A DNA stretch of 64,000 nt from Patescibacteria group bacterium (GTDB taxonomy: Bacteria; Patescibacteriota; Patescibacteriia; Patescibacteriales; UBA12465). The position numbers and the translations under genes were made by a program. The DNA lies in contig JBAZZR010000002.1 in assembly GCA_041658665.1 (NCBI GenBank), positions 137,147 to 201,146 on the forward strand. The letters are read 5' to 3'. Under the pieces are notes generated by a model. That model ran no database searches and was not told where the DNA came from. It saw only the letters and a program-made list of their open reading frames with translations. Within the stretch, counting starts at the first letter, position 1. Every line of letters starts with the position of its first letter. Positions 24,211 through 34,248 of the stretch are shown piece by piece.

Positions 24211-24558
24211 CTATTTAGCTGATTCTAGCGCCGGCGGACTAATTGGCCCGATTTTAGACGGATTAGTTACGATATCACTATCGTTATTAATAACCTTATA
24301 AACGGAAACCTCCCCATTCGCTTCACGCCCCAAAGCCTGAACTTTTAAGTTTGAAGAAATGCCTAATTTAGCTTTTTCTGTTTTATTGAGAAAGTCCGGA
24401 GCGCTAGCCGAAGGTTGGCGATCAATATTGGCTACCGGGGAAAGGCCCCCTTTTTTAGAAAAAACGAACAAACCAATTAATAGAATTATAATTATAAAAG
24501 CTAAACTACTAAAAATAATCAATTTTTTTTTGCTGTTTAACTTACCAAGCAATACCAT
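24211..24558 (-). CDS. Small N-terminally anchored membrane protein
   Basis: 115 aa with the TM helix LIIFSSLAFIIIILLIGLFVF. Co-directional, 42 nt after the 1074-aa gene. Confidence 0.5.
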   Translation of the reverse strand: MVLLGKLNSKKKLIIFSSLAFIIIILLIGLFVFSKKGGLSPVANIDRQPSASAPDFLNKTEKAKLGISSNLKVQALGREANGEVSVYKVINNDSDIVTNPSKIGPISPPALESAK

Positions 24559-24600
24559 AATATTAAAATTAATAATAACAAAATAATTCAGAAACTTTTA

Positions 24601-27600
24601 CTATTCAACAATAACTTTTTTAACGGAAAAATCGTCAATATAAAAATCCGAACCAGCAAAGCCATTATTAGTAGTTGAGCCATAATTCATGTTAACGCCA
24701 ATTTCAATTTGCGGCCGACAGCCACCCGTCGGACAGGCCGTATAAGGAGTCGTCGAGGATATTTTAGCTACCCAAGAAATCATTTCGTCGCTATAAACAA
24801 AGCCCGAACTATATTTTTGCCAGGCGACATAACGACCGCTCTCAATCGGCGGCATATGTTCCATACCAACGAAACATTTCTTTTGATAAGGCGCTTGCAA
24901 ACAACAATGTCCCGGCTGATCCTGACATAAATCGCCAGCCCACTCCGCACAAGGATTGATAATATTAGGATTCTGACAAGTAAAACTAGAACCGGAAGCG
25001 CTACAACCCGGTTTCAAAGCACCCGGCTCATTAAAACTCGCGCACTGCTGTTCCCAACCTAAACTCGGAGCTAAAGCAACACTAATATTATTAGTCGTCG
25101 TCCCTCGATAATAAAAAGATACTTGATAAATATCGTCCTTCTGAAAAGGCAACTTATCCATTTTATACACTAAATTAGCCCACATGACTCGATTAGTATT
25201 CGGCCAAACCAGAGTTGTCCCCTGAGCGTAAACGGCCGGGGCGACTGGATGACTATAATCTACTTCTGCAAATTCGCATTGGGAAGAATGGCTCTTTTTT
25301 TTAAATTCACAAAATTTATAACTGGGGCTGCCGTAAGCTAGATTTAAATCTTCACAAGTAGATTTATTGCAGGTCCCCGGATAATTATAACCAGGATCTT
25401 GATGCAGCCAAGCGCTCTTTTCGCCGGAACGATGAAACGCCGTGCTAACGCCGGTCGAAGAGTGACGTTGGCCGCCACCATCCCAATTTATCGGAAAACC
25501 ATTAGCGGCGGTGGCCTCGAAATCAACATTAGTCAAAACATCGCTAGTCACACAAACCCCGCAATCAACCGGACAACTCCAACAATTCTCGCGGCTAGTA
25601 CCGTTCACTAATTTTTGGCAGTAACCGTCGCCGCAATAACCACCCCCCGTTAACGGCGATTTAAAAACACAATAATTATTTGTCAAAATCGGATTAGGGG
25701 TAGTACTCCCCACACCAGTCTGGCAACCATATTGTAAATTAATACTACTATTATCAACGATATTAGTTACTCCTTCTAGCCCGTCACAATCTTCGCGACC
25801 ATCATTATACAAACCACCGCGTCCTTCTAAATTAGGTGATTGTTTTATTCCGTCGCCACAATAATTATTAACCTGTAAAACAAAAGATTGAGTAGAAGAG
25901 GCTCCGTAATTATTAGCGGTTTTTATATTAATAAGCGAAGAGCTCGTGGCCGTCGGTATGCCGGATATAATATTATTAGCCAAACTAAAACCCGTCGGCA
26001 AGCCATTAACCGAATAATTTAAAGCATAATTTCCTTGCGTAAGCGGACCTAAAGTACAGCTATAAGGCTGATCTTCGCGCGCTGAAGTTTCACAATTAAC
26101 ATTTAATAATGGATTATTGACCACCACTTTAATCTTGAAATTCTTAATGGCGGAATTATTATATTTATCAGTCGCAGTTACTTTATAAACAAAATCCGTA
26201 TCTTGATAAAATTTCTGGTTAGTGGGGACTAGACCCGCGTAGGCAACTTTATACCTATCGGCACCGAGCGGACTAAAAGTCTTAGTTAAATTATTTAATA
26301 AATTAAAAGACCCCGGAGGTCCAGAAACTAAATCCACGTTATAAGCGCTAGCCGGATTATTTAAATTAGCACTCGAAAACAAAAAATTATAATTGACTGG
26401 GATAGTGGGATCTAAAACGTATTCTCCGTTTTCTGCCTCGATAAAAGGCAAAGAGGACATAATCTTCAACGGTAAAGTAATGTTGATAATCCCATTATCG
26501 CGCCCATCATTAACTTCTAAATTGACATTATAAGTACCAGGCTCTCCGGCTAGCTGAGCATAAATCTTTTTCTGATTTGGATTACCGGTATCTTTTAAAA
26601 TCGGCGCTTGGTTCATCTGACCGCCATTTTTCCAACCGGTCCAACTTGTTCCCGTCGTAGTTAAACGCCAGGTTAGAGGATCATTATCAGAATCAATAAC
26701 TTCCACATAACCTGTAAACTCCTGCCGTGCTAAACTACTAAGAGATTGCGAATTTACCTGCGGCGGAGTATTAGAGGCATGCCCGCTATTAACTACTCCG
26801 GTAGCGAGCATGCAGGCCGAACTCAATAGCGGATCATTGGGATTAAAATGATAGCTGGTATCTTTAGTTTCTAAAGTAGAACAAAGGTTATAATTGGAGC
26901 CGCTACTACTCACCGCATAAACAAAGGCATAACTACCGGCCGGAAGTTGTAAGGAATTATTAAGCGGCGTGCTAACAAACCGATTAGTGTCTTTATTCCA
27001 ACAAGTTTTTAAATCATAGCCTGGACAAGCCCCTAAGCGATTAATTGGATCAACTAAACTTTGCGCCGAGACTAAATCGGTTAATAAAACCTGCGACCAA
27101 CTCGGCCAGGACGATAGACTGTAATTAACTAAGTAAGTGCCGGAAGATAAAAGAGGATAACGAGAATTTTTTTCTTTAAACTTCGCAATAGCTTCTTGAA
27201 GTTCGCCGATTCGTCCTAGCCGCCGCATATCGCGACTTATCTTAGACTTTAAACTATCACAGAAAAAATTAGCCGGACAATCCGTATCAACGGCACAATA
27301 TTTTTCGACTTTAAGGACACAGGAACTAGAGGCTAAACCAGAACTAGCGCACTGAGCTGTATTTGGACAATCAGCGTCACTGGCACAACTAAGCGCCGAG
27401 ATAGCGCAACTAGGAGCCGGGTTAGAACTTTCTAATAAATTACTATTAAACTTCCAATGAGAAACTAATTGGCCGAGAATATCGACGGTCTTAACAGCTG
27501 GCTCTTGATTATAAGAAATTAAATAGATATTAGTAAATATGCTGGTAGAAGTAACATTAGCCGCGTTAACATAAACCGTTCGGCCATCGCGAATCGCCTC

Positions 27601-27825
27601 ATAACCATCAACTAATAGGGATTGCGGAGAACCTTGGAACCCTTGGCTCTCATACCAACGTGAAATACTATAATGATTCGGATTAGGAATAATCCGCACG
27701 GCGATAGCATCGCTCATACTATTATTAGGTGCCGACTGAGCTAAAGATTGTCTGACTAATAATAAAGAGGAAAGGATAAAAATAGCGATTAGTAGATTGC
27801 GAGCTTGACTCTTTAAACTAAACAT
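24601..27825 (-). CDS. Large secreted cysteine-rich surface protein with Ig-like repeats and a CBM/lectin-like C-terminal domain
   Basis: 1074 aa. Signal peptide ..LLLVRQSLAQS; He_PIG-like segment (YSVNGLPTGFSLANNIISGIPT); CGDG..EDCDG Cys-rich repeat; C-terminal VDFEATAANGFPINWDGGG ... GSDFYIDDFSVKK resembles CBM4/9-type modules. Confidence 0.85.
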   Translation of the reverse strand: MFSLKSQARNLLIAIFILSSLLLVRQSLAQSAPNNSMSDAIAVRIIPNPNHYSISRWYESQGFQGSPQSLLVDGYEAIRDGRTVYVNAANVTSTSIFTNIYLISYNQEPAVKTVDILGQLVSHWKFNSNLLESSNPAPSCAISALSCASDADCPNTAQCASSGLASSSCVLKVEKYCAVDTDCPANFFCDSLKSKISRDMRRLGRIGELQEAIAKFKEKNSRYPLLSSGTYLVNYSLSSWPSWSQVLLTDLVSAQSLVDPINRLGACPGYDLKTCWNKDTNRFVSTPLNNSLQLPAGSYAFVYAVSSSGSNYNLCSTLETKDTSYHFNPNDPLLSSACMLATGVVNSGHASNTPPQVNSQSLSSLARQEFTGYVEVIDSDNDPLTWRLTTTGTSWTGWKNGGQMNQAPILKDTGNPNQKKIYAQLAGEPGTYNVNLEVNDGRDNGIINITLPLKIMSSLPFIEAENGEYVLDPTIPVNYNFLFSSANLNNPASAYNVDLVSGPPGSFNLLNNLTKTFSPLGADRYKVAYAGLVPTNQKFYQDTDFVYKVTATDKYNNSAIKNFKIKVVVNNPLLNVNCETSAREDQPYSCTLGPLTQGNYALNYSVNGLPTGFSLANNIISGIPTATSSSLINIKTANNYGASSTQSFVLQVNNYCGDGIKQSPNLEGRGGLYNDGREDCDGLEGVTNIVDNSSINLQYGCQTGVGSTTPNPILTNNYCVFKSPLTGGGYCGDGYCQKLVNGTSRENCWSCPVDCGVCVTSDVLTNVDFEATAANGFPINWDGGGQRHSSTGVSTAFHRSGEKSAWLHQDPGYNYPGTCNKSTCEDLNLAYGSPSYKFCEFKKKSHSSQCEFAEVDYSHPVAPAVYAQGTTLVWPNTNRVMWANLVYKMDKLPFQKDDIYQVSFYYRGTTTNNISVALAPSLGWEQQCASFNEPGALKPGCSASGSSFTCQNPNIINPCAEWAGDLCQDQPGHCCLQAPYQKKCFVGMEHMPPIESGRYVAWQKYSSGFVYSDEMISWVAKISSTTPYTACPTGGCRPQIEIGVNMNYGSTTNNGFAGSDFYIDDFSVKKVIVE

Positions 27826-27837
27826 ATATAAAACTTA

Positions 27838-30800
27838 CTAATAAAGGCCTTCAAGATTTCTAAAGATATAACATCGGTTGGTCCAATTAAAGGGCTGGGA
27901 ACAAGAATAGGAGTAACGACAGCGATTATTTTCTGTCTTTTGACAGGTCTTAACCACCCCGCTCGCATCTCGATAGTCGACCGCACAAAAAATATTATTA
28001 GTGGGAGGATTACAAGACATTCGACTATCAACTAAAATTTTTCCTTTAAACCACTGCGCACCCGAACGCAGCCAACTATCAGAACATTCTAGAACATTAT
28101 TAGAATCAACGTTCAGTTTTACCCAACAAGGCGTCCCGCTAGAAGTCAAAGAATCCGTAATAGTATCCCGCGGAATCTCCAACCAATAATTAAGATCACG
28201 CTGACAATAGGCAGTATTATAACCAGAAAAATTACTATTACAAGAAGCTGACCCATTAAAACCGTTTGGAGCGCCCAGCGCTTGGCCGCAAGAAATATCA
28301 TCCGCACAACAATTAAGCAATAGACAACCCGGAGTCGCTAAGCTAGAACAACCTTCCTTCAAAGACACTTGGCATTTTAATTCGGCAGATTTTTGACTCT
28401 CATTATTACTGGCATCAAGCGCGGTTAGGGCGAAATAATGTTTACCAACCGCAAATTTATCCGCAGAAAAAGTTTTCAATAAATCTTTCGCGGTAAAAGA
28501 CTCGGCATATTTACCAGAATTAATACCCCGTAATAATTTATAAGCAACAGCGTCATTAGTAGCCGGCCAGGTGAAGAGAATAGAATTACCGGAAACTTGA
28601 GCCTGTGGTCGACTAGGAGCGGCCGGCGCCGTCTGGTCGGTTGGTGTAACCGTTTTCTCATTAGATAAGCTACTTTCCGTACGATTACTCGATATAACAC
28701 TGACCTTAAAAATATAAGGAATATTATTAGTGAGCTGATTAATCGACGCCTGACAATTATTAACACCACCCGATAAAGTACAGACTGCCGAAGAAGCAAA
28801 TTCTAAAAAGAGCATATTCGAATCACCGGCTGGTAAATAGTATATTTTATAAGCCGAGACATCGGCCGCCTTAGAGCGCCAATTTATTTGAACCGTTTGG
28901 CCAACCCCCGTATCACTAACACCCACTAAATCGGATCCCGGTAAAATAGCCTCCCGGAAAAAATAGGACTCTTTCAAAACGTTCCAAATACAAAGTCCAT
29001 CTAAATTACCGTCGCCATTAGTATCGGCGCCACAAAGAGTATTAATATTAGAACAAGGTTGACGGTCAACACTACAGACTAGATTGCTGCTATTACCGCG
29101 AATAACCGCCTGATCAATGATCGCTGGTAAATCATCAAGCGTTCCAGCCGCTCCCGCGTCCCGACAATAATAAAATTTATAATTATAGTTCCCACAGTTA
29201 GGATCCAAAGAGCCCTGGCAAGTATCAACCCAAGGAGACCAACTCCCTGATGACTTAATCGGCGGCCACGGATTATTACAAAGAAAAATATAGATATCGC
29301 TAGACACGCTGGAATTACGTCCCTGAAAATAACTATTACAACATTTTTGTGGACAATTATCGCCTTGGCAAGAACAGGCGCCGCTATTACAACCCAGGGA
29401 AAAACGATCCATCTTAACTTCGGCTTTAACTTTAGTTTCAGCATCACTTATTCCCGTTTTAACACTCACTAAAATTTTATTCGGCTCTAAACCGGTGGCT
29501 GGAGCCAGGGTCGCTAAGTTCGGATTATTAACGGTGAAGTTCCAATCCCAAAAGTATCCCGTTACCGGTCTTAATAGCTGATCGTCTTGACTATAGGCCG
29601 CGGCGGCAAAAACTTTATCACGATCGGCGACCGAATCAAAAGTCGCCGCTGCCGAATTATTATCATCTTCATTCAAATCATTATCAGCCGTTTTAAAAAG
29701 ATAAGATTCCGGACTCAACTGAACCTTATCAATAGCACAAAGGCCGGAATTAGAAGCCGCCGACATGGTCGAGAATTTAATAATCTGTGAATTCTTATAA
29801 CTACGGTTATTAAACATAATCGATTCTCCGGCCACATATAAACTAGTTTCCGCATTAAAATAGCCTAAACCATTAAAACCAATTTTAGCTGAACTTAAAA
29901 CTCCAGTTTGACTATTTAAACTCGCATCGCCAAGAACAATAAAATAATAATTAGTCGCCGGGTCAAGAAGACTCTGGGGAGTGAAAATTAAAGACGTCTG
30001 ATTATTACTATCTTCTCCCGACACTGTCCCTGGCACCGCACAATATAATTTATTAGAATCCGGAACATCGGCTAAAGCAGTTGTACCGAAATAATTTACT
30101 ATTTTTTTAAAGACAGATTTAACGCTAGACCAACTAAATAAACTATTTTTCGATGCCGCCGCTAATCGTCCGCTGATTAAATCATCCGCGGCAGCAAAAG
30201 TACCCTCCGGACAAGGGCCATTACTATAATCTTTCTCGGCCAATAATAAGACATTATTACTAAAACTCGTAATGGACATCGGCTGATCAAAATTTACTTT
30301 AATCGCCGCGTTTCGACAGACTTGCTGCGCTAAATGATAAGGGGAAGTAGGAGAAACTATATTCGGACGAGCCTGACAACAGGTATCTGATCCACAACCG
30401 ACTAAAGAAGTCGAATCGCAATCATTATCACTAGAACAACCACAACATAAACCACGATTAGCTCCTGCGCAACTGCCTCGGTTAGGCTCACATTTTAATT
30501 TAGAATTAAGCACCGTACAAGCATCATTAGCCGTGCCGGGTTGGCAACAACAAGTGCCACAATCCGGCGGCGTCGAACCAAATAAACCGTTGGATAATAA
30601 ACAAGCAAAACCCGGAAAATTACATTGACTGCTCGCACAAGTTGAAGTAGCCAGCCCGCCACAATACACGCCAGCCCCACTAGGCGGGTTAGTACAAGCA
30701 CTAGAACAAGAGTTAGTATTCTGGTATTTTCCATCTTTAACCGGATTAGCGGAGTCACAAGTAGTTGAACCGCCCGTATTTTTACAATTATAATAAGCAC

Positions 30801-33800
30801 AGTAGCCGGCATCAATATGGGAAGAATCAGTAATCTGCGCGCCTAAACGACAAGCCGTATTAGGGGCGGCTAGTGACTCCGTCACTAATTTTGAAAAAAA
30901 TTTTGAAGAATATCCGGTCGATAATGGCGCTAGATCTTTCATCGACGCTACTTTCCCGTCGAAACAACAACGACTATTTTTAGTACATTCCACAAAATCA
31001 GTAATACCCGAACAAGGATCAGATTTAGCACAATTATCAGTACAACTCTGAACGTTAGTATAATCACCAATTTTAACCGGGGTCGAGGAGGCGCATTTAG
31101 CGGGATCCCCCGGCGGCGTAGATGCCGGACTCTGACAATTATAATAAGCGCAATAACCGTAACCAGGTAAAGTAGAAGAGGCGGTAATTTGCTGCCCATT
31201 GCCGCCGACACAAATATCATCAGCGCTAGTTGCAGTTTTTCTTGAGTCAAGACAACAGGCACTACTATGACTAGTACAGTCTTGCCCGTTTAAACTAGAA
31301 CAATCCGAACAGACGCCACGAGGAAAATCTGGAGTGATATTACAAAATTGACCGCTATGACTAGAACAATTACAGGCAGCATCGCGCTCTTCCGGCGTAT
31401 CACCCGCGGCCGCGCAACCACCGCATTTACCTAAACCAGAATTAGTCCCATTTGGTCCATCGGTTATACTTTTATCGCTACCGCAAGTTCCCTCGCAGCT
31501 AAGCTGTCCTATCGTTCCTGACTTAGTTTTATAGGAACAACAATCCTGGGCATCTCGACCAATCGTGCAACAACAATCGCAAGTAGGTTGATCTATTTTA
31601 ACGCAGCTGTCTCCTTTATTATCATAATTAGATTTACAGCTAGCTCCCGACTGACAAAGTTTAGGCGAAAAACAACGACCCACGCCAGAAAAAGAAGTAC
31701 AACTTAGACCATCAACACAAAGAGAACAGTTAGAATTTGGATCAACACATTGATCATTAGGGGTTCGAAGCCAATTATCCGGACAGGAAGATTTTAAAGT
31801 TATCTGCCAATGTTTTTCCTGATTACAAATAGCGGTGCTAGAAGCAGCGACAGGGCTAGAAGCAGTCACTGTATAGTTAACAACCGTCGGCAGGCTACAA
31901 GATCCAGTCCGCTCTAAACACTGATCAAGGGAATTATTATAAACACACCGATTACTGCTACAACCCGGCAAAGAATTACAAGTATAATCGCAGGGGCCGA
32001 TAATTTGACCGCCGCCGCCAGCATAAGGCGAACAAGTGCCCGGAGTATTCGGGCAAGAAGATCCGGTCTGGCAAGAGCCATAATATTGAGCCAAGCCAGC
32101 ACAACTATAATCATAAGGATTAGGAGTAGAAGTTCCGAAACCGGTGTCAAAACTCCATTCAAAAACAGAAGTCGGAATATCAATAAAACACTGATCTAAA
32201 CTATTAACACAACGCCCTTTCTTATAGGTATTAGCCGGGCAACAAATCTGTAAGCCGCAATCAGAATTAGCGATACATTCACCAACAGAGAAATTTAATT
32301 CATTACCCGCCTCATTTTTTTTAATTACCTTAACGGGGCCGGTAATAGAACTAGTAGCCACCGTCGTTTTAATAGAATTCGCTCGACCCGTTTGCTCAAT
32401 AGTTCCAGTCGCTGACCGCTCATAATTAAATTTAACTAAAGCTTCACTTTTAAGCGGACCAAAATATTCGCCCCAAAGAAGAACCGGCGACCCGATTGGA
32501 CCACGAGTCGGCTCTATTTTACATAAACTAGGTTTCAAATCTAAATTTTTATTAAATTTAAAAAAATTAGGAGTTAAACTAGTAATATCAATAGTAGTCG
32601 TACCAAATTTAATCTTAATCCCATATTCATCGGTACTTATCAACGCGGGGACCTTAACGATAATCTGATTATTATTCCAAACCGAATTAGCACAAACCTC
32701 TGGAAAATCATAAGAGGCTTCAGTCGAAGTTGCCCCGCTATAAAAATAAACTTGGCTCAAGCCGCGTAAATTACCAAAACCGCTTCCTTTAATAGTCACA
32801 TACTGACCAACATTACCACTTAGCGGGCTGAAGGAAGAAATAAAGGGGCCCGTCTCCTTTTCTGGATTTTTAACAAAACGTAAATAATTACTCTTTAAAT
32901 TAATATTATTTTTTACAAAACTACTAGAATCACCAGGTTTTATATTCGGTATTGTCGAGGTTCCTGATAAACCGTTAGAATTAGTAAACTGAGAATTTAA
33001 ACCAGAAATATTATTCTGATAATTACCGAAATAAGCCGTTCCCGAGTAGAGATTAATCCCCTGATAATTAACCGCCGAACTCAAAACTCCTCTTAAAGGA
33101 CTAAGATTACATAAACCGGGACGTTTAATATTATTAGCAATAAAATCGGGTATTTTCGGCCCATAATCATCGTTAGTCGCTTCAGTCGCACTATCTTTCG
33201 TCACAACCCAAAGCGGTCCGGCCGGCGCCCCATCTGGTACGGCGATAATAATTTCGTCATCGCGCCAGGTCTGGATACAATTAGGATTTAAAACCTGAGG
33301 ATCTAACCCTACTTTAGCGTTACTACCATTTCCAAAAAAAGCAACTGCCGAAGTCGCGGCGGAATATTCTCCAAAATTTTTACCAAAAATTGTAATGAAA
33401 TTATTGGCAGTACCATTAGGATCGGTTAAATTACAATTAGTACTACAGTCTTCATCTCGACTACAAGCTTTATTTTTATCTTCTTCGCAGAAGCCGCCAA
33501 CAGGGCTAACTTCGGTAATAACCGGCGGACCGTAGCAGGTACAAGTACTAGGATTACAAGTTAAATATTGGGCGCAACGATTATTATCCGGCGAGCAAGT
33601 TGGATTACTACTAGCATTACAGGAATCGCCTAAGTTTCCCTTAGGTTTACAACTGCAATCACCACCATCGCAATAATCTTGAGCGGCACAAATTTGATTA
33701 AGCGCCTGGCAACCCGGATTAGGACTGGAGTCACAACTAGCGGGTGGCGCAATAATACCACCGCAATCCGAACCAATACAGGAACCAAAAGATCCTCCGC

Positions 33801-34233
33801 CACAAATCATCGAACCGCCACAACCGCAAGAGCGAGTTTCTCCTTCATAACAAGTATTGCCTCCCGTCGTTGCTCCCATTAGCCGAGAAATGATAAAAGT
33901 AGCAATCGCCCAAGAAGATAAAATAATTACTAAACCAATTACGCCATTTTTTAAAATACTCCTAGCTGTCCTAATTTTTTCTTCATCGCCGCCGGAGACC
34001 AACCATAAAAATCCCGCATAAGCGATAAAGCCTAGAGCAATTACTCCTAAAAATCCTAAACCAATATTGATGATTCGACCGGCTAAAATTCTTGGTTCAC
34101 TAGAACTTAATGAACCGCCTAAACCGTTCCCAACAGCATTCAAACCAAAATTCTGAGCTAAGACTTGCTGCGCCACTAAAAAACCTAGGCCTAATAAGAT
34201 AAAAACTAACCAATTTTTTATTATTTTTTTCAC
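27838..34233 (-). CDS. Giant (2131 aa) cysteine-rich surface protein with a VirB2/TrbC-pilin-like N-terminal membrane module, IPT/TIG, Big_5-like and FN3 domains
   Basis: GTG start. N-terminal ~125 aa: signal peptide plus 2 TM helices with YAGFLWLVSGGDEEKIRTARSILKNGVIGLVIILSSWAIATFII. Three IPT-like units (PVITEVSP..ITIFGKNFG; FISSFSP..VTIKGSGFG; KIEPTRGP..LLWGEYFG). More than 100 Cys by my count. FN3-like segments near the C-terminus. Confidence 0.9.
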   Translation of the reverse strand: MKKIIKNWLVFILLGLGFLVAQQVLAQNFGLNAVGNGLGGSLSSSEPRILAGRIINIGLGFLGVIALGFIAYAGFLWLVSGGDEEKIRTARSILKNGVIGLVIILSSWAIATFIISRLMGATTGGNTCYEGETRSCGCGGSMICGGGSFGSCIGSDCGGIIAPPASCDSSPNPGCQALNQICAAQDYCDGGDCSCKPKGNLGDSCNASSNPTCSPDNNRCAQYLTCNPSTCTCYGPPVITEVSPVGGFCEEDKNKACSRDEDCSTNCNLTDPNGTANNFITIFGKNFGEYSAATSAVAFFGNGSNAKVGLDPQVLNPNCIQTWRDDEIIIAVPDGAPAGPLWVVTKDSATEATNDDYGPKIPDFIANNIKRPGLCNLSPLRGVLSSAVNYQGINLYSGTAYFGNYQNNISGLNSQFTNSNGLSGTSTIPNIKPGDSSSFVKNNINLKSNYLRFVKNPEKETGPFISSFSPLSGNVGQYVTIKGSGFGNLRGLSQVYFYSGATSTEASYDFPEVCANSVWNNNQIIVKVPALISTDEYGIKIKFGTTTIDITSLTPNFFKFNKNLDLKPSLCKIEPTRGPIGSPVLLWGEYFGPLKSEALVKFNYERSATGTIEQTGRANSIKTTVATSSITGPVKVIKKNEAGNELNFSVGECIANSDCGLQICCPANTYKKGRCVNSLDQCFIDIPTSVFEWSFDTGFGTSTPNPYDYSCAGLAQYYGSCQTGSSCPNTPGTCSPYAGGGGQIIGPCDYTCNSLPGCSSNRCVYNNSLDQCLERTGSCSLPTVVNYTVTASSPVAASSTAICNQEKHWQITLKSSCPDNWLRTPNDQCVDPNSNCSLCVDGLSCTSFSGVGRCFSPKLCQSGASCKSNYDNKGDSCVKIDQPTCDCCCTIGRDAQDCCSYKTKSGTIGQLSCEGTCGSDKSITDGPNGTNSGLGKCGGCAAAGDTPEERDAACNCSSHSGQFCNITPDFPRGVCSDCSSLNGQDCTSHSSACCLDSRKTATSADDICVGGNGQQITASSTLPGYGYCAYYNCQSPASTPPGDPAKCASSTPVKIGDYTNVQSCTDNCAKSDPCSGITDFVECTKNSRCCFDGKVASMKDLAPLSTGYSSKFFSKLVTESLAAPNTACRLGAQITDSSHIDAGYCAYYNCKNTGGSTTCDSANPVKDGKYQNTNSCSSACTNPPSGAGVYCGGLATSTCASSQCNFPGFACLLSNGLFGSTPPDCGTCCCQPGTANDACTVLNSKLKCEPNRGSCAGANRGLCCGCSSDNDCDSTSLVGCGSDTCCQARPNIVSPTSPYHLAQQVCRNAAIKVNFDQPMSITSFSNNVLLLAEKDYSNGPCPEGTFAAADDLISGRLAAASKNSLFSWSSVKSVFKKIVNYFGTTALADVPDSNKLYCAVPGTVSGEDSNNQTSLIFTPQSLLDPATNYYFIVLGDASLNSQTGVLSSAKIGFNGLGYFNAETSLYVAGESIMFNNRSYKNSQIIKFSTMSAASNSGLCAIDKVQLSPESYLFKTADNDLNEDDNNSAAATFDSVADRDKVFAAAAYSQDDQLLRPVTGYFWDWNFTVNNPNLATLAPATGLEPNKILVSVKTGISDAETKVKAEVKMDRFSLGCNSGACSCQGDNCPQKCCNSYFQGRNSSVSSDIYIFLCNNPWPPIKSSGSWSPWVDTCQGSLDPNCGNYNYKFYYCRDAGAAGTLDDLPAIIDQAVIRGNSSNLVCSVDRQPCSNINTLCGADTNGDGNLDGLCIWNVLKESYFFREAILPGSDLVGVSDTGVGQTVQINWRSKAADVSAYKIYYLPAGDSNMLFLEFASSAVCTLSGGVNNCQASINQLTNNIPYIFKVSVISSNRTESSLSNEKTVTPTDQTAPAAPSRPQAQVSGNSILFTWPATNDAVAYKLLRGINSGKYAESFTAKDLLKTFSADKFAVGKHYFALTALDASNNESQKSAELKCQVSLKEGCSSLATPGCLLLNCCADDISCGQALGAPNGFNGSASCNSNFSGYNTAYCQRDLNYWLEIPRDTITDSLTSSGTPCWVKLNVDSNNVLECSDSWLRSGAQWFKGKILVDSRMSCNPPTNNIFCAVDYRDASGVVKTCQKTENNRCRYSYSCSQPFNWTNRCYIFRNLEGLY
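33893..33939. repeat. 47-nt near-identical DNA segment, copy 1 (within the 2131-aa gene pilin-like module)
   Basis: ATAAAAGTAGCAATCGCCCAAGAAGA[T]AAAATAATTA[C]TAAACCAAT differs at 2 positions from 36656..36702. Confidence 0.85.
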
Positions 34234-34248
34234 AAATTTTAAAAAATT

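Noticed and set aside
28476-32183. Alternative-frame minus-strand ORFs inside the 2131-aa gene (28476..28799, 29079..29447, 30495..30815, 30948..31262, 31914..32183), the plus-strand ORFs there, and 27813..28031
   Set aside because: Their translations are Arg/Leu/Ile/Val-rich low-complexity sequences with no motifs. They overlap a single 6.4-kb frame that carries recognisable domains throughout.
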